DNA of 64,000 bases from Octopus vulgaris. Taxonomy: Eukaryota. The notes beneath the pieces were generated by a model. It was not told the origin of the DNA, ran no database searches, and worked only from the letters and a program-made list of their open reading frames with translations. Where the stretch lies: positions 37,076,001-37,140,000 of the forward strand of contig OX597830.1 in NCBI GenBank assembly GCA_951406725.2. Direction: 5' to 3'. Below are positions 24,560-42,849 of this stretch, in pieces. Every line of letters starts with the position of its first letter. The first letter of the stretch is position 1. The translations under genes and the position numbers were made by a program.

Positions 24560-25470
24560 ATAGTATAAGAGGTGAATTAAATAACCTAGGATGACATATA
24601 ACGAATAGCTCAGGACCTAATTTTGGTTCCAGTATAAGTAGGTGATGTGACAAATAATACAGACTACATTGACAAATATGATTATGAGAAAATCAGAAAA
24701 GAGGGAAATAAAGCGTCGAGAAGTGGAAGAGCAATGTTGGAATGCTTGTCGGAAATATTAATAACGTTGTAGATACACACAAGAAAAATCAGACATATAT
24801 GTTATATATTTATAAACAATCTACTGAAATATAAGGTGGATAAAAAATTTGAATCAACCATTATGTGGGCTTTGTGATACAAAAGGTGAAAGCATTAGTC
24901 ACCTAGCGAGAGAATATAGCAGACTTGTATCAAGTGAGTATAAATGGAGGCATAACAATATCGCGCGTATTATTGATCGGAAACCATGTAAAGACACGAC
25001 TTAGGCAAAGTTGATAAGTGGTATAAGCATAACATTAAGGTAGTGGAAAAAGCGGGGGAGGGAGATGAACTGAGATTTTAGTGCTTAATGTGATCAAATC
25101 AGTGAAGCGAGATTACAAGCAGTCAACAATACCAACAAAAAGCAAAGAAAATAGTCTGCACAATAACTGATATACTTTGTCCATGTGACAAAATTGAGTG
25201 CGAGAACAAAGAGAAATGGATTGAGAAATAGCAAAACCTCAGAGGAGATATTGCAAGAATGTAGAACATAAAAGAAAATTATGTTAAAATTGAGTTTGTG
25301 GTGGTGGGTTCTCTTGGTGCAATCACAATGGAGATGAAATCAAGGGTGATATGTAATCGAGTATATTATAGGAAACTACGTTGCTAGGAGCTGCAGGGAA
25401 GCCGAGAAACATGTTTGAAATCTGATCTAATAAAACAATCTCTTGGTCACTGGTTAGACACACCCCTCCA
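24560..25470 (+). mobile_element. Old R4/Dong-type RLE retrotransposon fragment
   Basis: PLCGLCDTKGESISHL..SEYKWRHNNIARII and EK*QNLRGDIARM..VVVGSLGAI..ETTLLGAA; many stops. Confidence 0.7.
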
Positions 25471-26756
25471 GTTAAAAAATGTATGAAAGACGTACGAAAA
25501 TGTATAATAGCTAAATGTATTTTAACCACATTTCACCAGAAGAAGTGCATGATTTTTCTTGAAAAAAAGTGATGATACTGACTCGAGCCTATACAACAAT
25601 GTGGCAGAGGAAAAATACCTGCAACAACAACAAAGGAACAATAGCAACATAATCAATAACAAAAACTACAACAATGCACACACACACAGACACCGCTACA
25701 CACACACATGCATTTAAAAAAGCGAAAATAATTTTTAACATTTTAGTGTTAGTATTAAAAAACAGAAATTTGGCCTCGAGTTTCTCTAACGTTATCTACA
25801 ATAGACAATCTTTAGATATGCGTCATCTTGCAGAAAGAACTACTGTTTGGTAACATGAAATAACCAAAACTAAGTTTTGCCTTAAACTATCATCGAAGTA
25901 AGACAAAGGGAGATGGTTAATTAATGAGCATTTCTAAAGTTACAGGTGTATTTTATGTCAGGAAGAAAAAACCCCACAAATAAACAAAACAAAACTCAGT
26001 TGCATGTAATCTTGATGTTTGAGACAATAAAATTTCCTACATGTAGCTGGACAGGTTACATGGAACTATATGTATCGTACAGAAAATTGAGTATGGTGAG
26101 AAGAGATAAATTACGTACTGCATCAAACGCATATTTTTATACTGTCTCCTCGAATATACGGGGTGTAAACATACAGAGATCTACTGTTCTCAGGGAATAT
26201 TATTCTGAAAACTTTTCCAAGAATCGATCTGAAGATGTCTAGGCGCTTCCAGCGGAATGATACCTTGGACTAAAAATCGAGGTATATCTACCAGTATTAC
26301 ATCTCCATCGTCTTTCTTACGTTGATAAGCATGAAATGGAGACGGCAGAAAGGTGGTACGTTGTTGGGAGCATCCTGAAGAAGAGAAGAAATATCAACCT
26401 AAGCAAATGTCATAAAGAATAAAAAATAGGCCCTTACCCAGATAATGGCTTTCAAAAGAGCACTGATTCCTTAATGAGTTTAATGTAGAACTAAGAAGAT
26501 AATTATGTTCGTTAGATGCGCAAAACGGGGAGGGGACCAGAACCCTGAAAAACAGACGTGGTAAAAGACATAGAGGGAGAGATAGAGAGATATTCACGCT
26601 TACGCTGATTTACAAAAATGTTCACGCGACCAATTTTCATGTTTCAGACTACGCAGCATTTCGAAATCGTGAGCCGTTTAGATTACAACAAAATACCAAA
26701 TTCTCATTCCTGTTTATCCATGTGTGAATGGTTTCCTCCTTATTGCTTGCATTTGA

Positions 26757-26829
<73 letters not shown>

Positions 26830-26973
26830 AAATAGAAAGATGAATAATCTTGTAGTAGATTAATCAAAAGTTTAACCGATACCTTAGTAGCAAAAATCAC
26901 AGCAGTAAAACAGCACGGTTGGAGGTACAACCATATGGTGTTGCAACCGTGCGTTGGTGCGGATAATTGAAAT

Positions 26974-28110
<1,137 letters not shown>

Positions 28111-28149
28111 CATATACATATATATATGTGTGTGTGTGTGTATGTTTGT

Positions 28150-28375
28150 ATAATACATAACCCCCCAAAATACGAAGAACAAACACAAGAAGGAAACAAC
28201 AACGCGAGGACGTTGTACATGCAAATTTTAGCAGATGCTCGGGGAAAGAAAGAGAAGTAGTTTTACGTTTCAAGCAAAGCTCTTCGTCAGAAACAGGAGA
28301 CAGAGTAAAGTCCAAGAGAAAAGAAAGACAGACGAAAAATCGCCAACGATGCACAAGTGGTTACATTTTGAAATG
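28150..28375 (-). mobile_element. Repeat family D copy
   Basis: Reverse complement is colinear with 14358-14563. Confidence 0.75.
28260..28294 (-). ncRNA. Minimal type I hammerhead ribozyme motif
   Basis: GTTT-CTGACGA-A-GAGC-TTT-GCTT-GAAAC-GTA-AAAC: intact CUGANGA and GAAA cores, stem I GTTT/AAAC, stem II, GUA cleavage triplet, palindromic ACGT in place of stem III. Confidence 0.65.
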
Positions 28376-28664
28376 TAAATGGGTAACGAAGATGTGCAGG
28401 TGTCAGTTCATTACGACCGTTTCAAACGACTCCTTTGATTGATTAATGAAAACATTACTTAGTCTGTAGGCTGTCATGGTATTAATTAATTCATCACTTT
28501 TATTCTAGAACATAACTACAACTCCCAAAAGATTTAATTTTCGATGATTGAAGACTACATTGCCCCTATTGTCTTGTAAATGTAGGCAACTAAGTCACTA
28601 CTCTGAATTATTCCCCCCACTATAACCTCTAGAAACTCTAAATGTTTGTAGTTTCGGCACTACA

Positions 28665-28720
28665 TGTTGTTGCTGTTGTTGTTGTTATTATTATTCTCAT
28701 CATCATCATCATTATCATCA

Positions 28721-28795
<75 letters not shown>

Positions 28796-28796
28796 C

Positions 28797-28844
<48 letters not shown>

Positions 28845-28860
28845 TACTACTACTACTACC
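28665..28860. repeat. Compound trinucleotide microsatellite (TTG/ATC/ATT/ACT)
   Basis: Directly visible. Confidence 0.95.
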
Positions 28861-29385
28861 GAGAGAGCAGCGCATGCCATCAAAGTGACATTGGAGTTCA
28901 AATAGATGAAGCCCAACATGCCCATCATGATTTTCAATATGATAAGTGTACAGCACATACATCACAAACATATATGCGCATGATATTGTGATTTCATATC
29001 ATGATAAACAGCGCAGTTGGTACCCAGTTAGAATTTCGTTCAGGTTGAGTAGCCCACCCCATTCAAAAGGTCTCTGAATAAGGGCTGTTTAAGGATATTG
29101 AATGAATAAAGGAGAAATATGCAAACCTCAAAGAATTCCTCTCATCACATGGCTATGATGCTTCCCCACTATTTCTGCTGGTGATCAGAGATGCACATAT
29201 CGTCAGCCACTAAGGGACATGCTCAACTAGTTAAGGCCAAACAACTGATAATCAAATCTGTGGCATTTAGCAGAATATTTGTTGTAGTCCATCGTTTATA
29301 CCAAGACAAAACATATACATGACAGTACTGCCAATCAATTAAGATTAGAAGCCATGAGAGTCAGTGCCTGGTACTGCATCAGGGT
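28861..29385. mobile_element. Repeat family E: ~550-bp non-coding element flanked by trinucleotide repeats
   Basis: Colinear with 34253-34801 from GAGAGAGCAG to CCTGGTACTGCATC; followed by (TTC)n at 29389-29502. Confidence 0.85.
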
Positions 29386-29406
29386 ATATTCTTCTTCTTC
29401 TTCTTC

Positions 29407-29438
<32 letters not shown>

Positions 29439-29917
29439 CTTCTTCTTCTTCTTCTTCTTCTTCTTCTTCTTCTTCTTCTTCTTCTTCTTCTTCTTCTTCT
29501 TCTATATTTTTCGCTTTTGCTTTGTATTTGTGCACGTTAACTCCAAGTCTCACTCAGAAACCTCAAGAGACAACAAGTTAAAAGTTCAAGATGGTGTTTT
29601 GTCTAGGTTGCCATATTTTGGTTTTTTCCCCAGAGTGTTGCTCTAGAGAATGTCACTCAAAACATAAGAAAATTAGAAGATTGTTTTAAACATAGCTTAA
29701 TCATAAGTTGATAGCGTGATCTAAAGATGACCTTAAAAAGTGTGTGCTGTTTGGTACATTTAAAAGTACTTTTAACAATATTTACAGTTAAAAATGTTTT
29801 GGGAATTACACAGACAATATTATTATTATTAGAAATATTAAATTTCTAAATCTCTCAAGGAGATATGTACGGTGGTGGGGCGATAGAATGGCTGTATATT
29901 ATCAATCTAACGTGAAC

Positions 29918-30003
<86 letters not shown>

Positions 30004-30012
30004 ATTATAATT

Positions 30013-30577
30013 CAGTAGTTTTATTTTTGTGGCGTGCTTTCACTTCACTACCGAGCGCAGCTCTGTGTGCCTTGGGTATGTGCTGTGTTTTGTTGTGATG
30101 CACTGATGGTTACTGTATTGAAAGTGTTTTGCGTAGGATGTGGGCAGTGCCCAGTAGTGCAATTTCTGTGTGTTATATGTGTTTGTATGTCCTGGTGTTT
30201 TTGCTATGTATTTGTCTGAATATTCTTTTATCATGTCTAATGCACCTACTATGATAGGAATTGTTACTGTTTTTAGATTCCACATTCGAGTTACCTCTAT
30301 TTCTAGATCTTTGTATTTTGAAAGTTTCTCCATTTCTTTTAAAGACACGTTGTCATCTGCTGGCATTGATACATCAATTAGATAGCATTTCTTTCTTCAT
30401 GATCTCTGACAACTATATCTGTTATGTTGGCCTTAATTTCTCTATCTGTGTGTATTGGCATATCCCAGAGTACGGTTGCTTTCTCGTTTTCTGTGACCTT
30501 TTCTGGGGTGTGCCTATACCATCTTTTTTCTGTTGTTATTCCATAATGTTGGCATATCTTCCTGTGTATGTAGGTCC

Positions 30578-30579
<2 letters not shown>
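30013..30579 (-). mobile_element. R4/Dong 3' fragment, same family as 36539-38153, inside (TAA)n
   Basis: IPADDNVSLKEMEKLSKYKDLEIEVTRMWNLKT..PIIVGAL; same 3' junction (ATT)n-CAGTAGTTTTATTTTT; (ATT)n on both sides. Confidence 0.92.
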
Positions 30580-30656
<77 letters not shown>

Positions 30657-31003
30657 GTTATTTTTTTAAAGGAAACTTGTGCATGTGTAGACTGTCGTAC
30701 TGAATACCTTGCAGTATTTAATTACTTCCATCTGTTTTCTGTTGATTCAGTGAAGCTCTCAGCAACTAACTTTCAATTATTGTAATGCTCAGCTTTCGAA
30801 TCAGAGCTTCACACTACATATTTCACTGTCTGAATATAGGGCCTGAGCACGCAATAAAACATTCAAACTATTTGGACATTCGCACAAATATTTAATCGGT
30901 AAAGAGTGGGTAAGTTGCTTTATGTCGTTTTATTTCATTACTTTGTGTATAAATGTGAGTTCAAACCTCATCAGTGTTCAATTTCTTTCAATATTTCATA
31001 GCT

Positions 31004-31220
31004 GAGGTGATGAGCTGGCAGGATCATTACCACGCTGGAAAAAATACTTACCAGCACTTCTTCCGACTTTGTATTCCAAGTTAAAATTCCGGCGAAATCG
31101 ACTTTGTTTTTCATCATTTCAGGTTTGATAAAAATGAGTACCTGTTGAATAATGGAGTCGATGTAATCGACATTCCCTCTCCCCCAAATTGCTGGCCTTG
31201 TGCCAATGTTTGAAACCAAT
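31004..31220 (+). mobile_element. SINE family C
   Basis: GAGCTGGCAGGATCATTA.. head, TTTCATCATTTCAGGTTTGATAAAAATGAGTACC core, GGCCTTGTGCC tail. Confidence 0.8.
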
Positions 31221-32177
31221 ATTTCATGGCCGAATGATAATAATCATTTCCCGGATTTAGCAAAATCGACTGTTCCACATTCCAAAATGCATGCCTTCTG
31301 TAGCTGTTACAAATGATTACTGATAATCTTAACAATTTTGTAGCAAATCTGTTGTGTTTAAGACTACTATGTACATAGAAACAATTTCAATCTATTTCGA
31401 TTCTTATATTAACGTGATATATATCTTTATGTAAAATCAAACTTGTTACATGGTTATTAATGGGATATTGCAAGTGGGAAGTGTCAACTACTAAAACCAA
31501 TTAAAAACTTTACTGTATATCCAATAACCAGTTCTTTAAACGGTTGACGGCACTTCTTTTGTTTTGATAGTTTAATATCACATTAAATCAAAGTAAATTT
31601 CAGAAACGTAAACGCGTTATATGAGAAATAATGAGCGTCTGACGTTAAATATTTTCAAAGACAAAATCCGTCAGTTGTTAGCTATCCCACTATCATTAAT
31701 TATCATAAATCACCATTTTTCCTAAACAAACTCTAATATCGGAATAACAATATACCAATACACGCCAAGGCATTTCGTTTTAGTCATTTCCAAGTCTGCG
31801 AAATTATATTTGTTTATCTGAACAAACCTGTAAAGAAGAAAATAAAAACGTTAAAAAGAAAACCCAGCCGAAAACCTATTTTTGTTTCACGCTGTAATCA
31901 ATAATTTTTAAGCACGTTTTATTGAAATCTCCAAGATAATAGGAAAAAAGTTTTTTTTTTATAACCTTCCAAACCATGACCTATTCATCTCACGGCTACG
32001 AGAAAGCTGAAAAACAAACAACAGAATTAAAAGTCAAAGTAAAGTAATTATACTTTTCTTCATTAATTTCATAAACATTGCAAATTATTAGGCTTCAAAA
32101 TTCCATTTCATCTTTATTTTTTTTTCATTTTCATTTTTAAAGAATACACAATCTTCTGCCAAAAATACTCATTCTGG

Positions 32178-32263
<86 letters not shown>

Positions 32264-32819
32264 TTATTAATCTGTCTGCAAGCTATTCTTTATATTTTCT
32301 TTGAAACTTTTTGACGATTCAATTTAAAGTTTACTGGCCTTCATTATTTATGAGGAATTTTATGTTTCTAATGATCTCTCAAGCGTGATTAGATTAATAA
32401 TTAGCGTACGTGGTATGTGTTTACGCCACTGGAAATTAAAATATTAAAATCAATTGGGATGTTGAATTTATGGTGTCGTTTAAAAGTACTTTATAATTAA
32501 AATCCATAGGAAAGAAAATGAATAAAGCAGTTCATCGATGTGAGATTAATTCAGTTATATTCGTTATGGACGGGGATAATATAGTTAGATTGTTATATAT
32601 TACATACACTCACGAAATTTAGTGATATTCTTTTCTACAAAATTTTGGTATGAATTATCAGTTATATTAGTCATTGTTAGAATCCGATAAACATTAGATG
32701 CTCACAGAGACATTATTATATAATAAGGTAAAGAATATGGTTACTGTTTAATTCAAAAACCAAAGCGAATCTCATTTTGAAGCTTCGTATTTGAATGGAG
32801 GGCCTCAATAAAATTTAAT

Positions 32820-32849
32820 AAAATAATGATAATAATAACAATAATAATG

Positions 32850-32930
<81 letters not shown>

Positions 32931-33074
32931 TTAATAATAATAATAATAACTACAACAACTTACGTATAAAACTACCACAATTAAACTGGCTAAATATCTT
33001 GAAACTACTAACGACTAGATGCTAAAGCTCGTTGAAAATTACGAGATGTGTAAGAAGCTTCATTCTGCAAGGAA

Positions 33075-33166
<92 letters not shown>

Positions 33167-33180
33167 TAATAATAATAATG

Positions 33181-33231
<51 letters not shown>
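32820..33231. repeat. Two (AAT)n tracts
   Basis: Directly visible (32820-32950, 33075-33231). Confidence 0.95.
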
Positions 33232-33234
<3 letters not shown>

Positions 33235-33239
33235 TACAC

Positions 33240-34070
33240 AGGCCTGACAGCCTTAAGAAAGTGTGGCAACTGTTGTTGCACGGAAAGTAAAATTAATGGC
33301 AAAGAACAAAAGCGCTGGGAGGTAGGATTAGAAACTTTTGCATTACAAATATATGGCCCGTAGAAAACAAGCCAGAAGTTGGCCAGAAGCACCCCCACCG
33401 GTGGCTACGAAGCTCAAGCCTAAAAGCAGAGAGCGGAGGTGTTATCTTATCTGCATGACAGAGTTGGTCAATATCTATGCTGGTAAATATTTCGGCATTA
33501 TAAAATCAAATCTGTTGACAAATTTATAAGCATACCATATAACACTGTAACTGAGAGGGGAAAGGTAACGATTCTATGGAAGTTTCCAGTACATACAGAC
33601 AAAACCATCAAACCGGATACTGTTGTAAAAAAACCCAACATAATAAAATATATTTATTGATAATAATATCTCTACAGAAGAATTTGACGAACTCAGAAAA
33701 TACGTCCTACTTATTGAAATTTAAAAACACGTGGCATCTCAAGGCAACTACAATCCCAATGATTGTAGGAATAATCGAAATGATAAAACATAAAAAGAAT
33801 GTGAAAATTATCTGTGAAAGAATCCTGGCTTACCATCCATGCAGGAAATTCAAACGTTTGCTAGAACTGGTTCGTCACACTATTGAGAAGAACATTGTCA
33901 CTGTGAGAATGATTACCGCCCACGTAAATAAATTTATCTACATTATTTTTATCTGATATTCCATATGGACAATCTGGTGCGTTTATTTAATGACCTATCA
34001 TTGTATACAGCACGTTTCTTTGTCCTAGGTGTCGGGAAGGCACTCAGCAAGATATAAAAACAATATTGAA
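33240..34070 (+). mobile_element. Diverged R4/Dong RLE fragment adjoining (AAT)n
   Basis: VTILWKFPVHTDKTIKPDTVVK..LLIIIS..WHLKATTIPMIVGIIEMIK, i.e. the RLE PD..D region. Confidence 0.75.
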
Positions 34071-34094
34071 AGAAGAAAAACAACAACAACAACA

Positions 34095-34160
<66 letters not shown>

Positions 34161-34252
34161 TCGATCTCATAATTTGGAGCCGAAAGAAGTGACACTAAGC
34201 ACTTTATCTGACGCGCTAGTATTTCTGTTAGCTCGCCTTTATTATTATTATT

Positions 34253-38153
<3,901 letters not shown>

Positions 38154-38175
38154 TGTCTTTAATAGTAGTAGTAGT

Positions 38176-38304
<129 letters not shown>

Positions 38305-38321
38305 GTTCTATATATGCGAAC

Positions 38322-38501
38322 GGGCATATGGCCTAGTGGTTAAGAGTGCGGGCTACTAACCCCAAGATTCCGAGTTCGATTCCAGGCAGTGACCTGAATA
38401 ATAATAATAATAATAATCTGATAAAGGCTGGAAGGTGTATCAGCCGAAACGTTGTTAACAACAAACAAGATGAGGACAGATATCCGTCAAATGTAAATAA
38501 T

Positions 38502-38504
<3 letters not shown>
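38322..38504 (+). mobile_element. tRNA-like head + (AAT)n + hammerhead-like motif (SINE-like), copy 1
   Basis: A box TGGCCTAGTGG, B box GAGTTCGATTCC, anticodon-arm-like GGG-CTACTAA-CCC; then CTGATAA-A-GGCTG..CAGCC-GAAAC-GTT at 38418-38453. Confidence 0.7.
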
Positions 38505-38569
<65 letters not shown>

Positions 38570-39157
38570 TTATGAAAACTCTCAGTTTATTTTGCTGGGT
38601 ATGATGGAAAATGTAAGCTGTCGACAGCCAGCAGACTAAGGTGACACTTGATTACTGGTCATATTTCAAGAACCCCGCGAAAAATTCTTGCGGTTCCAAG
38701 CAATGCTGATTTTTCTCGGTGTTCTACCTTTACAGTTGTACCCATCTTTTTCAGCCATGCCGGTAGTTAAGTTTTGACGCTTTCAAGTGTTTCAAGTTAC
38801 TATTAGTACCACGTCTATCCTCCTCATTGAGCAAAATCTTCATATTTCCCACTTCAAATCGTCGGGGATGTTCAGTTTTTCTTCTTTCTCGTTGTTTCTG
38901 TTGTCACCGGGACATGCTATGTCGATTATCATGCAAGTTCTTTCCTTCTTATTCACCACAACCATGTCCGGCTTCCGACGCCTGGTCAGGTGATCGCGCT
39001 AGATCATTGCATCCCACAGGATTTTGGAATTTTCATTCTCGGTGACTCCTTCTGCGGTTTTCTCATACCACGTCTTTGCTCTGTGTAGGTCGTGATTTCT
39101 ACAAAGCTCCCAATGGATCATTCTTGCCACATTGTCATGTCACCAGTTCTAATCCCA
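38570..39157 (-). mobile_element. R4/Dong RLE 3' fragment (different subfamily), copy 1
   Basis: HDNVARMIHWELC..WYEKTAEGVTENENSKILWD..RRKPDMVVVNKKERTCMIIDIACPGD; flanked by (ATT)n. Confidence 0.85.
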
Positions 39158-39334
<177 letters not shown>

Positions 39335-39351
39335 GTTCTATACATGCGAAC

Positions 39352-39534
39352 GGGCATATGGCCTAGTGGTTAAGAGTGCGGGCTACTAACCCCAAGATTC
39401 CGAGTTCGATTCCAGGCAGTGACCTGAATAATAATAATAATAATAATAATCTGATAAAGGCTGGAAGGTGTATCAGCCGAAACGTTGTTAACAACAAACA
39501 AGATGAGGACAGATATCCGTCAAATGTAAATAAT

Positions 39535-39537
<3 letters not shown>
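39352..39537 (+). mobile_element. tRNA-like head + hammerhead-like motif, copy 2
   Basis: Duplicate of 38322-38504. Confidence 0.7.
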
Positions 39538-39623
<86 letters not shown>

Positions 39624-40211
39624 TTATGAAAACTCTCAGTTTATTTTGCTGGGTATGATGGAAAATGTCAGCTGTCGACAGCCAGCAGACTAAGGTGACA
39701 CTTGTTTACTGGTCATATTTCAAGAACCCCGCGAAAAATTCTTGCGGTTCCAAGCAATGCTGATTTTTCTCGGTGTTCTACCTTTACATTTGTACCCATC
39801 TTTTTCAGCCATGCCGGTAGTTAAGTTTTGACGCTTTCAAGTGTTTCAAGTTACTATTAGTACCACGTCTATCCTCCTCATTTAGCAAAATCTTCATATT
39901 TCCCACTTCAAATCGTCGGGGATGTTCAGTTTTTCTTCTTTCTCGTTGTTTCTGTTGTCACCGGGACATGCTATGTCGATTATCATGCAAGTTCTTTCCT
40001 TCTTATTCACCACAACCATGTCCGGCTTCCGACGCCTGGTCAGGTGATCGCGCTAGATCATTGCATCCCACAGGATTTTGGAATTTTCATTCTCGGTGAC
40101 TCCTTCTGCGGTTTTCTCATACCACGTCTTTGCTCTGTGTAGGTCGTGATTTCTACAAAGCTCCCAATGGATCATTCTTGCCACATTGTCATGTCACCAG
40201 TTCTAATCCCA
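39624..40211 (-). mobile_element. R4/Dong RLE 3' fragment, copy 2
   Basis: Duplicate of 38570-39157. Confidence 0.85.
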
Positions 40212-40274
<63 letters not shown>

Positions 40275-40289
40275 GTTATTAATATTACG

Positions 40290-40420
40290 AAGGCGGCGAG
40301 CTGGCAGAACTGTTAGCACACATGGCGAAATAGCAGTATTTCGTCTGTCCTCACCAGAATTTTAAAATTAAGTACCAGTTATGCATTGAGGTCGATATAA
40401 TCGATTGACCCCTCCCCCAC
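40290..40420 (+). mobile_element. SINE family C, internally deleted
   Basis: AAGGCGGCGAGCTGGCAGAAC..TAAGTACCAGTT..GGTCGATATAATCGA. Confidence 0.8.
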
Positions 40421-40424
40421 ATGG

Positions 40425-40696
40425 ATCACAACCATATGTGCACAACAGGGTATTCTCATACCAAGACAAACAATGCGTGACCTTGCAGGTGCGACCCAGT
40501 TAGAATTTTCTTCAGGTCAAGTAGCTCATCCCTCTCAAAAGGTCTCTGAATAAGGCTTGTTTAAGGATGTTGAACGAAACACCCATGTTTCCAAAGGTGA
40601 ATTATTCAAACCCCAAAGAATTCATCTTAACACGTGGCTATGATGCTCCTCCACTACTTCTGCTTGTGATCAGAGATGCACATATCGTCAGCGACT
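40425..40696. mobile_element. Repeat family E, internal fragment
   Basis: ATCACAACCATATGTG..CCAGTTAGAATTTTCTTCAGG..GTGATCAGAGATGCACATATCGTCAGC. Confidence 0.85.
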
Positions 40697-40870
40697 ATTA
40701 GCCTTATTATTATTATACAAGGATTCTAGACGCGTTTGGTGGTGTGTGTTTTGGGCATTGGAAGCGATTTTTAGTATGTAAAGAACTCTTAGAGGTGCAA
40801 ACAAAAGACTCAATCACAAAAATCTCACCAAGTGTAATTATTGTTATGAGAATGTATTTTTTAATTATAA

Positions 40871-41232
40871 CTAGCACTATGACCCGGCGTTGCCGGGTCA
40901 TAGTGCTAGTGCATGTATATACAGCTGCGTGCGTGCGCGCATACACGCGAGTACTGTCCAAATCTCTGACCAATCACATATAGCTAGCTGGCATTCAATT
41001 GGCGTATCAACTTTCGGGCATTTGGGTTTTGGATAGAAAATTCACAAAAAGTCACTTCTATTGATTTTTTTATGGCTTTGCGGGGTGATTGGGGAAATGT
41101 AAAGATATGCACGACCACCCTTAGACGGTTTTAAATGACCATAGAAAGTGCGAGCCCTCTAACTGAAAAATTGTGGATTTGTATAAAGCACACACACACA
41201 CACACACATTTTGCCGTATATATATATATAGA
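40871..41232 (-). mobile_element. Non-autonomous Helitron (362 bp)
   Basis: Minus strand A|TCTATATATATA ... ACCCGGCAACGCCGGGT..CTAG|T: 5' TC, subterminal GC hairpin, 3' CTAG, A-T insertion site, no TSD; internal (CA)n. Confidence 0.85.
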
Positions 41233-42849
41233 TATTTTAATAATTGAGTTTTAGTTATTCTCAAGAAAATAAAAAGCGTTACCTCACCTTTTGCTTAGAT
41301 CGACTCGGGGAATTTAGGAACTTAGGCAGAAAACGCTGGATTTTGTAAAAGGAAATACAAAGTTCATCTTGGACATTGAACCCTCTCTTATCAAGAACTC
41401 ACATTTTCAATTTATATTTCTTGGACTCATAACTTTGGTGATTATTTTACCTTGACCAATATTTGGCTATTGACTCATTTATTTTGTTACACTCTTTACT
41501 GTCATTATTGTAAATTTTTACCACATTTCTCAATACATAACTGAATTGTTTGCTTTAGTTTCTGGTTTCGTGCGGGGACTGTTTGTTTGTCATGCAGTAA
41601 CCGTAACACTATGTAGACATCATAACAGCGCAAAAAAGACAGATAGAAATAATGAGATGTTCTCAGTAGACTACTGTAAACCAAAACGTTGAGATAAGTT
41701 TACAAGTAAAATAACACAACTATGAAAAGAATAACCGAAGATGAGGAAGATAAATGAAGGAATAGTACTAAGGTAAATGAATACAGCACAATAGTAGAGA
41801 TATACAATATGAAAAGCAAAACACACTCTACGACACCAAGTATAAGGCTGACAAGCACTAATACTTGGAAAGAACTTTTAATCTCAGCATAAATTCAGTA
41901 ATTTAGTAAGTATGTTAGATGGTATAAGAAAATGTTTGTACAACCAGAAGACAGAATATAAGCAGCTACAAATATATTTCAGGATATAAAACAGCTGTAA
42001 TCAAACAAGCTAACCGTGCCTTGCAAATAATTAGCGAGCAGAGTTTAAGTAGTTACAACTGCGTTAATGAGAAAAATGAACGAGCGAGACTAAAAACAGA
42101 GACAGAAAAACACATCATCCGACATAATAAAAAAAAGATAAATAAAAAGATAAATAGAAAGCTTAAAAATACAAGATAAAAATTATCTTGCAATTGCGAA
42201 ACGGATATTCATGCTGCAGGTGAAAACTGAATTGTGGAGAATGGAAAAGTTATTATTAACAAGCAATTAATTAATAAAACAATAAAACAGTGGAATGGAC
42301 AGGTAAAGATAAATTATATGCTTTTTGATTTGTATTTGGAAGAGAAAAGTCTTATGAAAATTTTCTTTCAAATAAATAAATAACGTAGAGAGAAAAAGGC
42401 ATGATAATAAATCAGATGACACCACAAGAATAGTATGAATTCGCATAGGAAATGTCATAGAAACAGTCAAGTCATTGGAGAAAGAGGAAATTATAAATCA
42501 CATGAAATAAAAATATAGAAGTTCTGGCCGAAAACACTTGCATGTCTTATACCATCATATAACCCAGAGGTTTAATAAAATACTTTGTCTGTTTTATTGA
42601 CGTCAGAAAAAAAATGAACCTATGAAAAATCAGGGATATTCAACGACATGCTTTTCTGAGTCCTCAAGCCTCTACTATCAGTATTAAGTAAAAAGCATTG
42701 ACAGCACTTTGACAGAAATAATATTCTACTTGAAGAAAAGAAGGATTGCACTAGTGATTCATATGAATTGTAAAGATCAGCTATGGATAAACAAGACAAT
42801 GTTAGGCAGCGAAAGAAGACAATGCTTCTTTGAGAGATTACAAAGATGT

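Noticed and set aside
38322-38394. Functional tRNA-Ser(ACT) gene
   Set aside because: Poor acceptor and T stems, unusual anticodon, no long variable arm and no oligo-T terminator; better explained as a SINE head.
41288-41335. Candidate 48-nt minus-strand exon (CAG|RFLPKFLNSPSRSKQK|GTGAG)
   Set aside because: Splice-like signals only, with no homology or partner exons; needs RNA-seq.
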